Positions 9,612 to 20,017 are shown, numbered from the stretch's first letter. The stretch: 59,974 nucleotides of DNA from an uncultured Candidatus Saccharibacteria bacterium (GCA_964392095.1 CAYMOF010000006.1:1-59974); one strand, 5' to 3'. Notes: a model not told the origin generated them from the sequence alone. Program-made: numbers and translations.

Positions 9612-9650
9612 TCTACCCTTGGCTGTATATGTACAATTATTGTGTACACA

Positions 9651-10775
9651 TTAAGCGAGGTATTCTAATTCAGGGGGCGGCTGTCTTAGCCATTTTCCAT
9701 GAACATAAACAGATTGAACCAAACCAAGCAATATAAAAGAGCTAACCAGGCTTGAACCCCCATAACTGATAAAAGGCAGGGGTATTCCAGTCACAGGCAA
9801 AAGCCCCATGTTCATACCGGCGCTCACAAAGAAACTTATAAGAAAAAGAAAGAAGGTGCCAACCACCAGATATCTGCCAAAGATGTCGCGTGTCTGAAGA
9901 GCAATTTTTAAAGATCGCCAAAGCAGAGTTGAATAGAAAGAAATTACAAGCAAAAGACCAATGAAGCCCAGTTCTTCTCCCATGCTGGCAAAAATAAAAT
10001 CCGTGTGTCTTTCCGGTAGAAATTGCAATTGTGATTGGGGGCCATGTCCTAGTCCCCTGCCTAGTAAGCCGCCTGATCCCAGGGCAACAATTGATTGGGT
10101 TATGTTGTAACCGGCCCCCTGCGGATCCTGGGCCGGGTTTATAAATATGGTTAGGCGAGTCTTTTGGTAATCGGCTAAAAACCATTGCCAAGCCACAAAG
10201 AAACAGACAAAACAGATGATTAAAACACCCAAGAGAAGTCTCCAGGGTATGCCGGCGAATATTATAAGGGACAACCAAAGCAAAAAGATGAGACTAGCTT
10301 CACCTAAATCAGGCTCAAAAAATATAATTCCCATAACCAGTCCCGAGAATAAGATACTTAATATAAATTTTTTAAGATTGCTGAAAGATGTTTTAGAAAA
10401 CAGCCAGGCCAAGGTGATCACTAGGGCTATTTTTACAAATTCCGATGGCTGTATCTGAAAGCCGAGAAGTTCAATGCGAGAGGTGGTGCCTCTTATAAGA
10501 CGACCGACGCTGGAAGCGATGATCAGACCAGTGACGGCCAGAATGTAAAATAAAAGGTGATAACGACGCAGGGTGTGGTAAGGAAAAAAACTGGCAAGCA
10601 TGAAGGAGGTTAGTCCGACACATATATATATTGACTGTTTAATAAAGAGGGAAGGGAAAAGATCTGTGTCCGTCGATGTCAGGCCAAAAATCATGGCCAG
10701 CCCCATAATAGTTAACAAGGCGGCTGATATGGTAATCACCCAATCAAAATTCCGTAATTTTTCAAAAATACGCAT
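9651..10775 (-). CDS. rodA: Rod shape-determining protein RodA (SEDS family)
   Basis: QIQPSEFVK, EPDLG, DPQGAGYNITQS, FLPERHTDFIF, PVTGIPLPFISYGGSS. Confidence 0.92.
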   Translation of the reverse strand: MRIFEKLRNFDWVITISAALLTIMGLAMIFGLTSTDTDLFPSLFIKQSIYICVGLTSFMLASFFPYHTLRRYHLLFYILAVTGLIIASSVGRLIRGTTSRIELLGFQIQPSEFVKIALVITLAWLFSKTSFSNLKKFILSILFSGLVMGIIFFEPDLGEASLIFLLWLSLIIFAGIPWRLLLGVLIICFVCFFVAWQWFLADYQKTRLTIFINPAQDPQGAGYNITQSIVALGSGGLLGRGLGHGPQSQLQFLPERHTDFIFASMGEELGFIGLLLVISFYSTLLWRSLKIALQTRDIFGRYLVVGTFFLFLISFFVSAGMNMGLLPVTGIPLPFISYGGSSLVSSFILLGLVQSVYVHGKWLRQPPPELEYLA

Positions 10776-10820
10776 TTATCAAGAGTATTATTGTACTTGT
10801 TTTGAGAGAAGGGTAAAAGA

Positions 10821-11591
10821 TTATCGCAGGCGAGTCGGGTCTCCTTTAATGGGCATAAAATTGTCGGGATTGTATATATTAGTGGATAGAGAAATAATGA
10901 CACGGTGAGTGGGGCGAGCGGGCTTAGGCCAAACAAGAGTGATTTCACGTTGTTCACCGACGGTAAATTCTCCAATATTGGTTTTGCTCACTCCTATAAC
11001 TTTGCCATCTTGATCAAGGGCAACCCCCACAACATCAACGTGGCGATAGCCAAGACTGCCGCGATTAGTGATTATGGCTGTTTGTTTTTCTACTGTAGTA
11101 TTGCCTAGATTGGCGGTGGTTCTGGATTTTAGAAAAGAATTAAAAGAAGGCAGGGAGATTGCCTCCGGTAGCGTGGAAAATTCCGGATTCTGTGGCGTTT
11201 CAACTTTTACCCTGGATAAAGAAGGCAGAAGAGGAACGTTTAAGCTCGCTATGTAATTGAGACTGCCGGGCAAGAGATAGGCTGGTTCGTTAATACGAAG
11301 AAGTTCCTGCTCTTCATCGTCCAGGAGAACGAAAGAAGCGGAATAATTGGGAATGCCCGCTCGAGGGTTAGGATTGCGAATGCGGGCAACTATATCCAGG
11401 TTGTCGGCATGGGTAATGGTTTCAACGCTTTCTATGGCCACGGAAACGGGGGGGGGCAGAGAGGGGGCGGTTTCAGGTGTTGTTAGGGAGACAATTTTCG
11501 GATAAAGATATATGCCTATAGGCAAAATTATTATGGTCAAAAACAAGAGAGCGTAAGCTGTTTTTTTTAGATGGCGACGCAATGATATCAT
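10821..11591 (-). CDS. Hypothetical membrane-anchored beta-rich protein (FxLYD-like domains)
   Basis: N-terminal TM; ARIRNPNP and VALDQDGKVIG segments; extended -10 box 6 nt before the ATG. Confidence 0.75.
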   Translation of the reverse strand: MISLRRHLKKTAYALLFLTIIILPIGIYLYPKIVSLTTPETAPSLPPPVSVAIESVETITHADNLDIVARIRNPNPRAGIPNYSASFVLLDDEEQELLRINEPAYLLPGSLNYIASLNVPLLPSLSRVKVETPQNPEFSTLPEAISLPSFNSFLKSRTTANLGNTTVEKQTAIITNRGSLGYRHVDVVGVALDQDGKVIGVSKTNIGEFTVGEQREITLVWPKPARPTHRVIISLSTNIYNPDNFMPIKGDPTRLR

Positions 11592-11712
11592 ATGTCAATA
11601 ATAACATACATGAACATCACATTATGAAGGATTTTGAAATGAGGAGTTCGCGATAGCATAATATTGCGTTATAATAATTGGCCATGAGTATTGGTTAGCT
11701 TATTATTTTATT

Positions 11713-14700
11713 ATGTCTGACTTTGCGCATCTGCACGTTCATAGCCACTATTCTTTACTGGATGGTTTGGGCAAAGTGCCGGCTATACTCAACAAGGCAA
11801 AAGAGTATGGCATGAAAAGTATCGCCTTGACTGATCACGGTGTAATGTATGGAATAATCGAGTTTGTAAGATTGGCAAAAGAGATGAATATTAAACCGAT
11901 TATTGGTGTTGAGGCGTATTTGGCTCCTAACGGACATGAAAAGAAGAGAGGGAAAATTGATACCAATCCAAGGCATGTGACTCTGCTGGCTAAAGACAAC
12001 ACTGGTTATAATAATTTGGTCGAGTTGAACACTAAGGCGCATTTAAAAGGTTATTATTATAAGCCCAGAATTGATTATGGGTTATTAGAAGAATACAACG
12101 AGGGGTTGATTGTTCTTTCTGGTTGCATGAATGGAGATATTCCGAAAGCAATAATTAATAAGAAGCATGATGATGTAGAAAAGAGAATAAAATGGTATTT
12201 GGATGTGTTCGGCAGGGATCGTTTTTATTTGGAAGTGCAACATCACCCAAATATTAATGAGCAGGTAATCGTAAACGAGGGTCTTATTAAATTATCAAAG
12301 AAACACGATTTAAATTTAGTGGCTACGTCTGATACCCATTATGTAAATCCGGAAGACGCTGAAGCTCAAGACGTTTTGTTGTGCGTACAGACAGGAAAAA
12401 TGGTCCAGGATAAGGGTAGGATGTGCATGTTGGGCGAAAATTTTTCCTTGAAGAGTCCGGAAGAAATGAAGGAAGCCTGGAGCAAGTATCCGGAAGCTGT
12501 TCAAAATACCCAGAAAATTGCCGAAATGTGTAATGTGGATATTGAATTTGGGGTTAATAGGCTGCCTCATTATCCCCTGCCCAAAGGGGTAACCCCTGAC
12601 CAGGCTTTAAGCAAGCTGTGTGAGAGCAGATTGTCAGAAAAATATTCGACGGAAAAACAAGCAGAGGCAAAAGAGCGGCTTGACTATGAGCTGGGGGTAA
12701 TTAGTAAAACTGGCTTCGCTTCTTATTTCATGATCGTGGCCGATTTTGTGAACGAGGCTAAAAAGCGAGGCATTCTGGTAGGGCCAGGTAGAGGAAGCGC
12801 GGCTGGTAGTATAGTCTCCTATTTAACGAACATAACAGGTCTTGATCCTTTGCGTTATAATTTGCTGTTCGAAAGGTTCTTAAATCCCGAAAGGGTTTCT
12901 ATGCCGGATATAGATCTGGATTTTGCCGATGACAGGAGAGATGAAATTATAGATTACGTGCGTGAAAAATATGGCTGTGATCATGTGGCTCAAATTATTA
13001 CGTTCGGAACAATGGCGGCACGAGCGGCCGTAAGGGATGCGGGGCGGGCCTTGGGTTTTCCTTATAACTTTTGCGATCAGGTGGCTAAAGCTATTCCGAT
13101 GTTCACGAATTTTGAAGAAGCTCTGGAAGAAGCAACCGACTTGCGTCAAATGTATGAGGAAGATCCGCAAGTAAAACGCCTGGTGGACACAGCCAGAAAA
13201 TTGGAGGGGGTGTGTCGTCATGCTTCCAAACACGCGGCCGGAGTGGTTATAACAGAAGAGCCGTTAACTGATCATGTCCCCTTGCAGTTAGCCGCGACAA
13301 GCGGTGCTCAGAGCAACGTGGTTATTACCCAGTATGCCATGAATGAAATCGAGTCTTTGGGTCTTTTAAAAATGGATTTCCTGGGACTGAAGAATTTAAC
13401 GATTATTCAAGGCACTTTAAAAAGAATTAAGGAGGAGGAGATTGAAATAGATATTGAGAGCTTGCCGCTGGATGATCAGGACACATATAAGCTGTTAGCG
13501 GAAGGAAAAACAACGGGCGTTTTTCAGTTAGAATCTTCAGGAATGAAAAAGTGGTTGCGGCAATTAAAACCAACAGAATTCGAAGATATTATTTCAATGG
13601 TGGCCTTGTACCGTCCCGGTCCCATGGATTCCATACCTGATTTCGTGGCGGCGAAGCATGGTAAGAGAAATATTTCATACCCGCATCCGATTCTTGAACC
13701 GATTCTTAAAAAAACTTACGGAATTATTGTTACCCAAGATCAGGTTTTGCAAATAGCGAGGGAGTTTGCCGGCTTCAGTTACGCGGAGGCGGATATTTTA
13801 AGAAAAGCCGTGGGGAAAAAGATTAAAAAATTGTTAGACGAACAAAGAGAGAAGTTTATAAGGGGAGCGATAGATAATAAAAATATCGATAGGGTGACGT
13901 CTAAAAAGGTTTGGGATTTTATTGAACCTTTTGCCAGATACGGTTTTAACAGAGCGCACGCGGCCTGTTACGCCATGATCGCTTATCAGACCGCTTATTT
14001 AAAAGCTCATTATCCAGCCCAATTCATGGCGGCCCTGCTCACCAGCGATGAGGGCAACATTGATCGGCAAGCGATTGAGGTGGCGGAAGCGATAAGTATT
14101 AACATTGAAGTATTGCCCCCTGATATTAACGAAAGCGGTCATGATTTTACGGTGGTCAGTAACGGTGAGAGAAGAGAATCGATAAGGTTCGGAATGGGAG
14201 CTATAAAGAACGTGGGAAAAGGAATTATTGAAGAAATAATTGCTGAAAGAGATGAAAGAGGCAAATTTTCTGACGTGTTTGATTTGTTCCGAAGAATTAA
14301 TTCCAGAAATTTTAACAAGAAGTCGGTGGAGAGCTTAGCCAGGTCGGGAGCTTTTGACAGTATTGTGGAAAGGAATCAGGTTTTGCATAATTTGGAAAAA
14401 TTGCTTGAATTTAACCGGTCTCTTCAAAAGCAAGGAGACGCCGGTCAGCAAGGTTTGTTTGGCGGGGGTAGTACAAGCTTACCGGAACCGAGAGTCAATT
14501 TAGAGAAAGCGGAACGGGCAACAAACGAGGAGAGGTTGGCGTGGGAAAAGGAGCTGTTGGGTCTGTACTTATCCGACCATCCCTTGAAAAATATTCAGGG
14601 CGACTTGGGTAAGATGATAGTGCCCTTAAGCGAGCTGGACCTGGTTCCGGGAAGAGAGAGTGAGGTTAGGGTGGCAGGGATAATTACTCGTATAACCAGA

Positions 14701-15219
14701 ATAATTACAAAAAAACAGCAGCCTATGTTGTTCGCGCAAATTGAAGACATGGCAGCCAAGGTGGAGGTTTTGATTTTTCCTTCTCTGCTTGAAAAAAGTC
14801 AGGATGTTTGGACAGAAGGACAGATTGTATTAATAGAAGGCAAAATAAGTGATAAAGATGATGAACACAAAATTTTGGCAAATTCAGTCCGTCCTATCAA
14901 TAAGGGTTCTATAAATGATATAAAAAAGGATTTAAGGCCCATAAGACAAGCGGTGAAAGCAAATGGCGACATTGAGTCGGCTCGTAGATTAGTGGTTAAA
15001 TTAGAAAGTACGCTAGATCGAGATAAGCTAAGCCAGGTGAGAGAGATATTAAGTAAATATAACGTGAATGAGGGCCAAGGAGGCGTGGTAGTTGATCTTA
15101 TGCTTACTAAAGGAGGGTATAATTATGTGATTAACACGGAATTTAGGGTTTCGCGTGAGAGAGAGGTAGTAGAGGCTATAAAAAAAATCGTAGGAGAGAG
15201 GGCGTTGCGTTATGATTAA
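11713..15219 (+). CDS. dnaE: DNA polymerase III alpha subunit
   Basis: HLHVHSHYSLLDG (PHP), GPGRGSAAGS, PDIDLDF, LLKMDFLGL, YGFNRAHA, C-terminal OB fold. Confidence 0.99.
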   Translation: MSDFAHLHVHSHYSLLDGLGKVPAILNKAKEYGMKSIALTDHGVMYGIIEFVRLAKEMNIKPIIGVEAYLAPNGHEKKRGKIDTNPRHVTLLAKDNTGYNNLVELNTKAHLKGYYYKPRIDYGLLEEYNEGLIVLSGCMNGDIPKAIINKKHDDVEKRIKWYLDVFGRDRFYLEVQHHPNINEQVIVNEGLIKLSKKHDLNLVATSDTHYVNPEDAEAQDVLLCVQTGKMVQDKGRMCMLGENFSLKSPEEMKEAWSKYPEAVQNTQKIAEMCNVDIEFGVNRLPHYPLPKGVTPDQALSKLCESRLSEKYSTEKQAEAKERLDYELGVISKTGFASYFMIVADFVNEAKKRGILVGPGRGSAAGSIVSYLTNITGLDPLRYNLLFERFLNPERVSMPDIDLDFADDRRDEIIDYVREKYGCDHVAQIITFGTMAARAAVRDAGRALGFPYNFCDQVAKAIPMFTNFEEALEEATDLRQMYEEDPQVKRLVDTARKLEGVCRHASKHAAGVVITEEPLTDHVPLQLAATSGAQSNVVITQYAMNEIESLGLLKMDFLGLKNLTIIQGTLKRIKEEEIEIDIESLPLDDQDTYKLLAEGKTTGVFQLESSGMKKWLRQLKPTEFEDIISMVALYRPGPMDSIPDFVAAKHGKRNISYPHPILEPILKKTYGIIVTQDQVLQIAREFAGFSYAEADILRKAVGKKIKKLLDEQREKFIRGAIDNKNIDRVTSKKVWDFIEPFARYGFNRAHAACYAMIAYQTAYLKAHYPAQFMAALLTSDEGNIDRQAIEVAEAISINIEVLPPDINESGHDFTVVSNGERRESIRFGMGAIKNVGKGIIEEIIAERDERGKFSDVFDLFRRINSRNFNKKSVESLARSGAFDSIVERNQVLHNLEKLLEFNRSLQKQGDAGQQGLFGGGSTSLPEPRVNLEKAERATNEERLAWEKELLGLYLSDHPLKNIQGDLGKMIVPLSELDLVPGRESEVRVAGIITRITRIITKKQQPMLFAQIEDMAAKVEVLIFPSLLEKSQDVWTEGQIVLIEGKISDKDDEHKILANSVRPINKGSINDIKKDLRPIRQAVKANGDIESARRLVVKLESTLDRDKLSQVREILSKYNVNEGQGGVVVDLMLTKGGYNYVINTEFRVSREREVVEAIKKIVGERALRYD

Positions 15220-16363
15220 TCAAGGAAGACAATTTGCCATTCCCAGGAGATATTTTTTTGCGGCTTTGGTGGCGGCGATATTGCTGGCGGCAGTGGTTTT
15301 TGGTTATTTTTATTTACCCAAAGCGGACATAAAAGTGGTGCCGGAAAAAGAGACACAAACCGTCAGCCAGGAGTTTATTTTGTCTAAAAATATCAATGAG
15401 CCAGATTTTGTTCATCATAAAATCCCAGCCCGGCTAATCGAAGCCAGTGAAGAGAAAACTATCAACGTAAAACGAGATGAAGCAAGTAAGGCGGTGGCAG
15501 ACTTTGCCCGGGGCGAAGTGAAACTTATCAATAAGCAGAATGACGAGCAGAGACTTTTGCCAAAAACTCATCTTAGGCATGAGGCCAGTGACGTTTTCTT
15601 TTTGACCGACGGCCCAGTTGTTATACCACCGAAAGGAGAAACTGTCGTACAGGTAACTGCCAAGGAAAAGGGCGCTGTTGGAAATGTGGCGACGGGTAAA
15701 TTTATTGTCGATAAATTATCAGCGCCTTTGCAAAAAGTTATCTACGGTGAAAGCTCTCATAATTTTAACGGCGGACAAGTGGTGGAATCAGCTCTTAGCG
15801 AGCAAGAACTAGAAGAAAAAAAATCCGAGGCTTTGGCTATTTTGAAAGAAGAAGTGACGGGAGAACTGACCGCTTTAAGCGGAGGAGCTTTAATAAATCC
15901 GGCCTTAATTTCTTACAGTGAGGAAACTGTAGAAGCCACGGTGTCTCCGGAAAGCAAGGCCGTGAATTTTGATATTCACGCGAAAGTGAAAGCGCGGGCT
16001 TTTGTAGTTGATGAAAACGATTTACTGAATTTAACTTTGCTGGCGCTAAAATCATCACAGAAGGAGGGTCAGGAGTTTTTAAGTTATGATCCCAAATCTT
16101 TTGACATTGAGATTATCAGATCTGATTTTGAGAGAGGAGAAGTTGTTGTCAAGGGTAGCCTAACCGGATCTTTTGCCAGCAAGATAGCGCCAACGGTTTT
16201 TAGCGTCGGCAATCTCGCGGGATTAAGCAAAAGCGAAGCAGTGGAGAAATTAAAGCAGAGGGCGGGGGTTGGAGAGGCCGAAGTAGTATTTTCTCCTTTC
16301 TGGGTTAAGAGTGTGCCGGCTCGATTGAGCGCGGTAGAGATAAAAGTAGATAATGGAAATTAA
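15212..16363 (+). CDS. Membrane-anchored baseplate J/gp47-like protein
   Basis: TM then YLPKADIKVVP, ARGEVKLIN, VTAKEKGAVGNV, FNGG, PFWVKSVP. Confidence 0.7.
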   Translation: MINQGRQFAIPRRYFFAALVAAILLAAVVFGYFYLPKADIKVVPEKETQTVSQEFILSKNINEPDFVHHKIPARLIEASEEKTINVKRDEASKAVADFARGEVKLINKQNDEQRLLPKTHLRHEASDVFFLTDGPVVIPPKGETVVQVTAKEKGAVGNVATGKFIVDKLSAPLQKVIYGESSHNFNGGQVVESALSEQELEEKKSEALAILKEEVTGELTALSGGALINPALISYSEETVEATVSPESKAVNFDIHAKVKARAFVVDENDLLNLTLLALKSSQKEGQEFLSYDPKSFDIEIIRSDFERGEVVVKGSLTGSFASKIAPTVFSVGNLAGLSKSEAVEKLKQRAGVGEAEVVFSPFWVKSVPARLSAVEIKVDNGN

Positions 16364-16476
16364 CCCGGTTAATAATATGTTTTTGACATAGGTGAAGGCA
16401 GCTAAAGCTGCCGTATGAGGTGTTTTTTTACTGGGTTTGTATTTTTAGTTTTATTCTTTTAGATTAGACTGGTGAT

Positions 16477-18228
16477 ATGAGTAAAGATTTATCTTCAAAA
16501 GGAATGAATTTGGAATTTATGAGGCATTCGGCGGCCCATGTGTTGGCGGCGGCGTCGGCGCAACTAAAAACGGAAACGAGATTAGGAGTGGGGCCAGCGA
16601 CAGAAAGCGGTTTCTTTCATGATATAGACGTAGATGAAAATTACAGCGAGGAGGATTTGAAGCTATTGGAAGAAAAAATGGAAGAAATAAAGAAGGCGGA
16701 TTTGCCAATCAGGCAAAGAGAGGTTAGTAAAAAAGGGGCTCGAGAACTGTTTAAAAATGATCCATTTAAATTGGAGTTGATAGAGGAAATAGAAGGAGAT
16801 AAGGTGGGAGTTTCCGAAATGGGTGATAGTTTTTTTATTACCTTGTGTGAAGGCGGACATGTTTCTTCCACTGGAAAAATCGGATATTTCAAGCTAACCC
16901 ATTTATCAGGAGTTTATTGGCAAGGGGATGAGAAAAAACCGCAAATGCAGAGGATTTTTGGTGTTTCTTTTCCCACAAAAAAAGAGCTGGATGATTATTT
17001 GAAATTAGTGGCAGAGGCGAAGAAAAGAGACCATCGAAAGATTGGCAAACAATTAGATCTGTTTACGTTTTCTCCATTAGTGGGACCGGGCTTGCCGCTT
17101 TTTACACCACGAGGGACGGTCATTGGGTATGAGCTGGAAGATCTGCTTTTTTCAATTCAAGAGCAGTACGGCTATAAGCCGGTTTGCATTCCTCATATAA
17201 CAAAAAAGGCGCTGTATGAGACTTCAGGTCACTGGGAAAAATTTCAAGAAGATTTATTTCACGTGCGCGGAAAAAGCGAAGATGATTTTGTGATGAAACC
17301 AATGAATTGTCCTCATCACACCCAGATATATGCTTCCCGAAAAAGAAGTTATAGGGATTTACCAATAAGATATTCTGAAGTGACGATGGTGTATAGAGAT
17401 GAGCAGGCCGGTGAGTTGCAAGGCTTGTCGAGAGTGCGGTCAATTACTCAAGATGATGCCCATGTTTTTTGCACGCTTGATCAGATTGAAGGAGAAGTTA
17501 ATGCCGTGTTAGACATATTTGAAAGGTTCTATGAAGCTTTTGACTTTCATTTGGCGCCACGCCTTTCATTGCGAGACCTTAAAAAGCCAGAGCTTTATCT
17601 TGGCGATGATAAAGCTTGGGAAAAGGCAGAGGACATATTAAGAAAGTTGACCAAGAAAAGAAATATGTCGGCCCTTGAGCGGGGAGGCGAGGCGGCTTTT
17701 TATGGGCCCAAGATTGACTTCATGGCTGAGGATTGCCTGGGTAGAGAGTGGCAGTTAGCGACTGTGCAATTAGATTTTAATATGCCGGAGAGATTTGATT
17801 TGAAATATACAGATGATAAAGGAGAAGAACAGACTCCGATTATGATTCACCGGGCCGTGATGGGCGCGTTGGAAAGATTTATGTCTATTTTATTGGAGCA
17901 TTATGCCGGTAATTTGCCCTTGTGGTTGTCCCCCACTCAAGTAATGGTACTGTCAATTTCTGATGATCAGGTTGAGTACGCAAGTTCTATTCAAAAAGAA
18001 TTGAGCGAGGCGGGTTTACGGGTTGAAATTGATGAACGGTCCGAAAGTATTGGTAAGAAAATCAGAGACGCGGAAATGATGAAGGTGCCGGTGATGTTGA
18101 TAGTAGGCAAAAAAGAAGCGGAATCAAAACAGGTATCGGTGCGGAGTCACGAGAAGGGAGATGAGGGGATTAAAAGCATAGACAAAGTAAAGGAAGGGCT
18201 AATAAAACGGGTTAAGGGGAGAAAGTAG
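16477..18228 (+). CDS. thrS: Threonyl-tRNA synthetase (no N-terminal TGS domain)
   Basis: RHSAAHVL, RDHRKIG, KPMNCPHH, TQDDAH, AFYGPKID, MIHRA. Confidence 0.99.
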   Translation: MSKDLSSKGMNLEFMRHSAAHVLAAASAQLKTETRLGVGPATESGFFHDIDVDENYSEEDLKLLEEKMEEIKKADLPIRQREVSKKGARELFKNDPFKLELIEEIEGDKVGVSEMGDSFFITLCEGGHVSSTGKIGYFKLTHLSGVYWQGDEKKPQMQRIFGVSFPTKKELDDYLKLVAEAKKRDHRKIGKQLDLFTFSPLVGPGLPLFTPRGTVIGYELEDLLFSIQEQYGYKPVCIPHITKKALYETSGHWEKFQEDLFHVRGKSEDDFVMKPMNCPHHTQIYASRKRSYRDLPIRYSEVTMVYRDEQAGELQGLSRVRSITQDDAHVFCTLDQIEGEVNAVLDIFERFYEAFDFHLAPRLSLRDLKKPELYLGDDKAWEKAEDILRKLTKKRNMSALERGGEAAFYGPKIDFMAEDCLGREWQLATVQLDFNMPERFDLKYTDDKGEEQTPIMIHRAVMGALERFMSILLEHYAGNLPLWLSPTQVMVLSISDDQVEYASSIQKELSEAGLRVEIDERSESIGKKIRDAEMMKVPVMLIVGKKEAESKQVSVRSHEKGDEGIKSIDKVKEGLIKRVKGRK

Positions 18229-18236
18229 TTTTTTAA

Positions 18237-18287
18237 AACGGGTCCTGTCGCGACGGGTACCCTCCCGGGCCTACGGCCGCAGTCGCA
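18237..18287. repeat. Truncated copy of the GC-rich hairpin repeat family
   Basis: AACGGGTCCTGTCGCGACGGGTACCCTCCC... aligns with the first half of the copies at 23789-24032. Confidence 0.8.
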
Positions 18288-18398
18288 CATTCGTTTTTTT
18301 AGTGGTGGAAGAATGGATAAATTTGATTTTGGGGTGGTTTGATTGTATAAAAAGGTAATGTTTTACCTTTGCTGTTTACTACGGTAAAGGCTTTTTTG

Positions 18399-19046
18399 TT
18401 AAAACTTGAGAGGAATTTCTTCTTCGGGCGAGGCGGACGGAGTTTCTGCCGGTTTTTGTTCATCGGTTTGGGCGTCGGCTACGTTTTCTTCGTTTTTGTC
18501 GTCAGCGGTTAATTCAAGGTCTCCCAAGTGTTGCTCAAGGGCTTTGGTTAGCCGGGAAAATTCCTGCTGGATTTCTTTATAGTCTTCGTGCAGATCTTTG
18601 AGCATGCCCAGGGCTAGGAGAGCATCTTGGAAGGCGGTGGCAGATTCGGTTTTTAGCTCGGCCACCGACTGAACAGGTGCTTCTTCGGAGCGGTTGCGAA
18701 CTAATTCTATACTTTTTATTAAACTGTCGGCTTGGGGAACAAGAACAGCAGGGTTATTTTCTTTCGAGGCTAATTCCCGCAGGCGGGCGGCATCTTTTTC
18801 CACGTAGATTAAGGCAAGTTGCAATTTTTTGGCTTTGTCGGTGATGATCATTTGTTCGCCTTTTCTTTTGAGGTTGACTAGCAGGGCTCTTCCCTGCTCC
18901 AGGGCGCTTTTGTTTTTGCTAAAGGAAGCGAGGGTCGCAGGCAGAGAAGCTAATTTGGCAGTATTAATTTTTATTTCTATAACCCCGGTAAGCATTAAGC
19001 CAATAACGGCAGTCAGAAGCAAAAAGATAAAAATTTTGTAAATCAT
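18399..19046 (-). CDS. Hypothetical membrane-anchored helical protein
   Basis: 215 aa ORF, N-terminal TM, coiled-coil-like body, acidic tail. Confidence 0.75.
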   Translation of the reverse strand: MIYKIFIFLLLTAVIGLMLTGVIEIKINTAKLASLPATLASFSKNKSALEQGRALLVNLKRKGEQMIITDKAKKLQLALIYVEKDAARLRELASKENNPAVLVPQADSLIKSIELVRNRSEEAPVQSVAELKTESATAFQDALLALGMLKDLHEDYKEIQQEFSRLTKALEQHLGDLELTADDKNEENVADAQTDEQKPAETPSASPEEEIPLKF

Positions 19047-19087
19047 CGGTTCTGGTTAATATATATAAATCCTGTTTATATTTTACT

Positions 19088-20017
19088 ATGAAGTACAAAG
19101 TATATGTAATTGTTGGTCCGACCGCTTCTGGGAAGACCGATTTGGGTATTAAGTTAGCCAAGAAAATTGATGGAGCGGCAGTTTCTGCTGATTCCAGACA
19201 GGTTTATACGGGGATGGATATAGGGACTGCGAAACCAGTTATAAAGTCAAAAGTCAAAAGTCAAAAGTCAAAAATTGTTCATGATGCTCTCATACCGGAT
19301 TTGGTGGAGGGGGTGGATCATTATTTGTTTAATATTCGTAAACCGAATAATCAACTGACTCTGGCTGAGTGGCAAGCAGCGGCCAATGCGGTTATTGATA
19401 GTTTAATTAAGAGAGGTGTTACTCCCCTGCTGGTGGGAGGAACTATGTTGTATGTGGACAGTATTGTTTTTAATTATGATATTCCGAGGGTAAAGATAGA
19501 CAATAATCTACGTCAGGATTTAGAAGGCCGAACTGTTGAGGAGCTTTATAAAGAACTGAAAGATATTGATCCTGAAGTAGTTGAATTTATGCAACCTAAT
19601 AATAAAAGAAGGATTATAAGAGCGTTGGAAGTGATAAAAACAACAGGTAAGAAATTTTCCGAACAAAGAAAAAAGCGGAGGCCTAAGTATGATTTTGAGA
19701 TGATTGGAATTTTTCCGTCCTGGGAAACTCTAAAAGACAGGGTGTCTTTAAGAATGAAAGAAGTGCTAAAAGAAGGATTAATCGAAGAAACAGAAAAAAT
19801 CAGAGAGAAGTATGGTGGAAATTTGCCGCTTCTTATGACTATGAACTACAAGCAAGCGGCGGCGGTTCTGGATGGTAAAATGACTAAAGATGAAGCCGAG
19901 GAAGAAATGATACGGGTTAATATGCGTTACGCCCACAGGCAAATGAGCTGGTGGAGAGGCAGAGATGAGATTAGGTGGTATTCGTCAGTTAGTGACGTAT
20001 TGTCAAAACTGGAATGA
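19088..20017 (+). CDS. miaA: tRNA dimethylallyltransferase
   Basis: GPTASGKT, SADSRQVYTGMDIGTAK, LVGGTMLY, RRIIRALEV, YAHRQMSW. Confidence 0.97.
   Translation: MKYKVYVIVGPTASGKTDLGIKLAKKIDGAAVSADSRQVYTGMDIGTAKPVIKSKVKSQKSKIVHDALIPDLVEGVDHYLFNIRKPNNQLTLAEWQAAANAVIDSLIKRGVTPLLVGGTMLYVDSIVFNYDIPRVKIDNNLRQDLEGRTVEELYKELKDIDPEVVEFMQPNNKRRIIRALEVIKTTGKKFSEQRKKRRPKYDFEMIGIFPSWETLKDRVSLRMKEVLKEGLIEETEKIREKYGGNLPLLMTMNYKQAAAVLDGKMTKDEAEEEMIRVNMRYAHRQMSWWRGRDEIRWYSSVSDVLSKLE
19243..19270 (+). repeat. Heptamer tandem repeat (AAAGTCA)x4 inside miaA
   Basis: Four exact copies encoding KSKVKSQKSK. Confidence 0.9.

Noticed and set aside
11713..15219. Intein or intron in dnaE (also considered for gyrB and clpC)
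   Set aside because: Lengths are normal and no splice motifs or insertions are evident
15212..16363. Prophage or contractile injection system
   Set aside because: No other phage structural, integrase or sheath genes; flanked by dnaE and thrS
16364..16476. T-box riboswitch upstream of thrS (hairpin GGCAGCT-AA-AGCTGCC at 16397-16412)
   Set aside because: Gap is only ~110 nt and lacks the T-box consensus and a terminator
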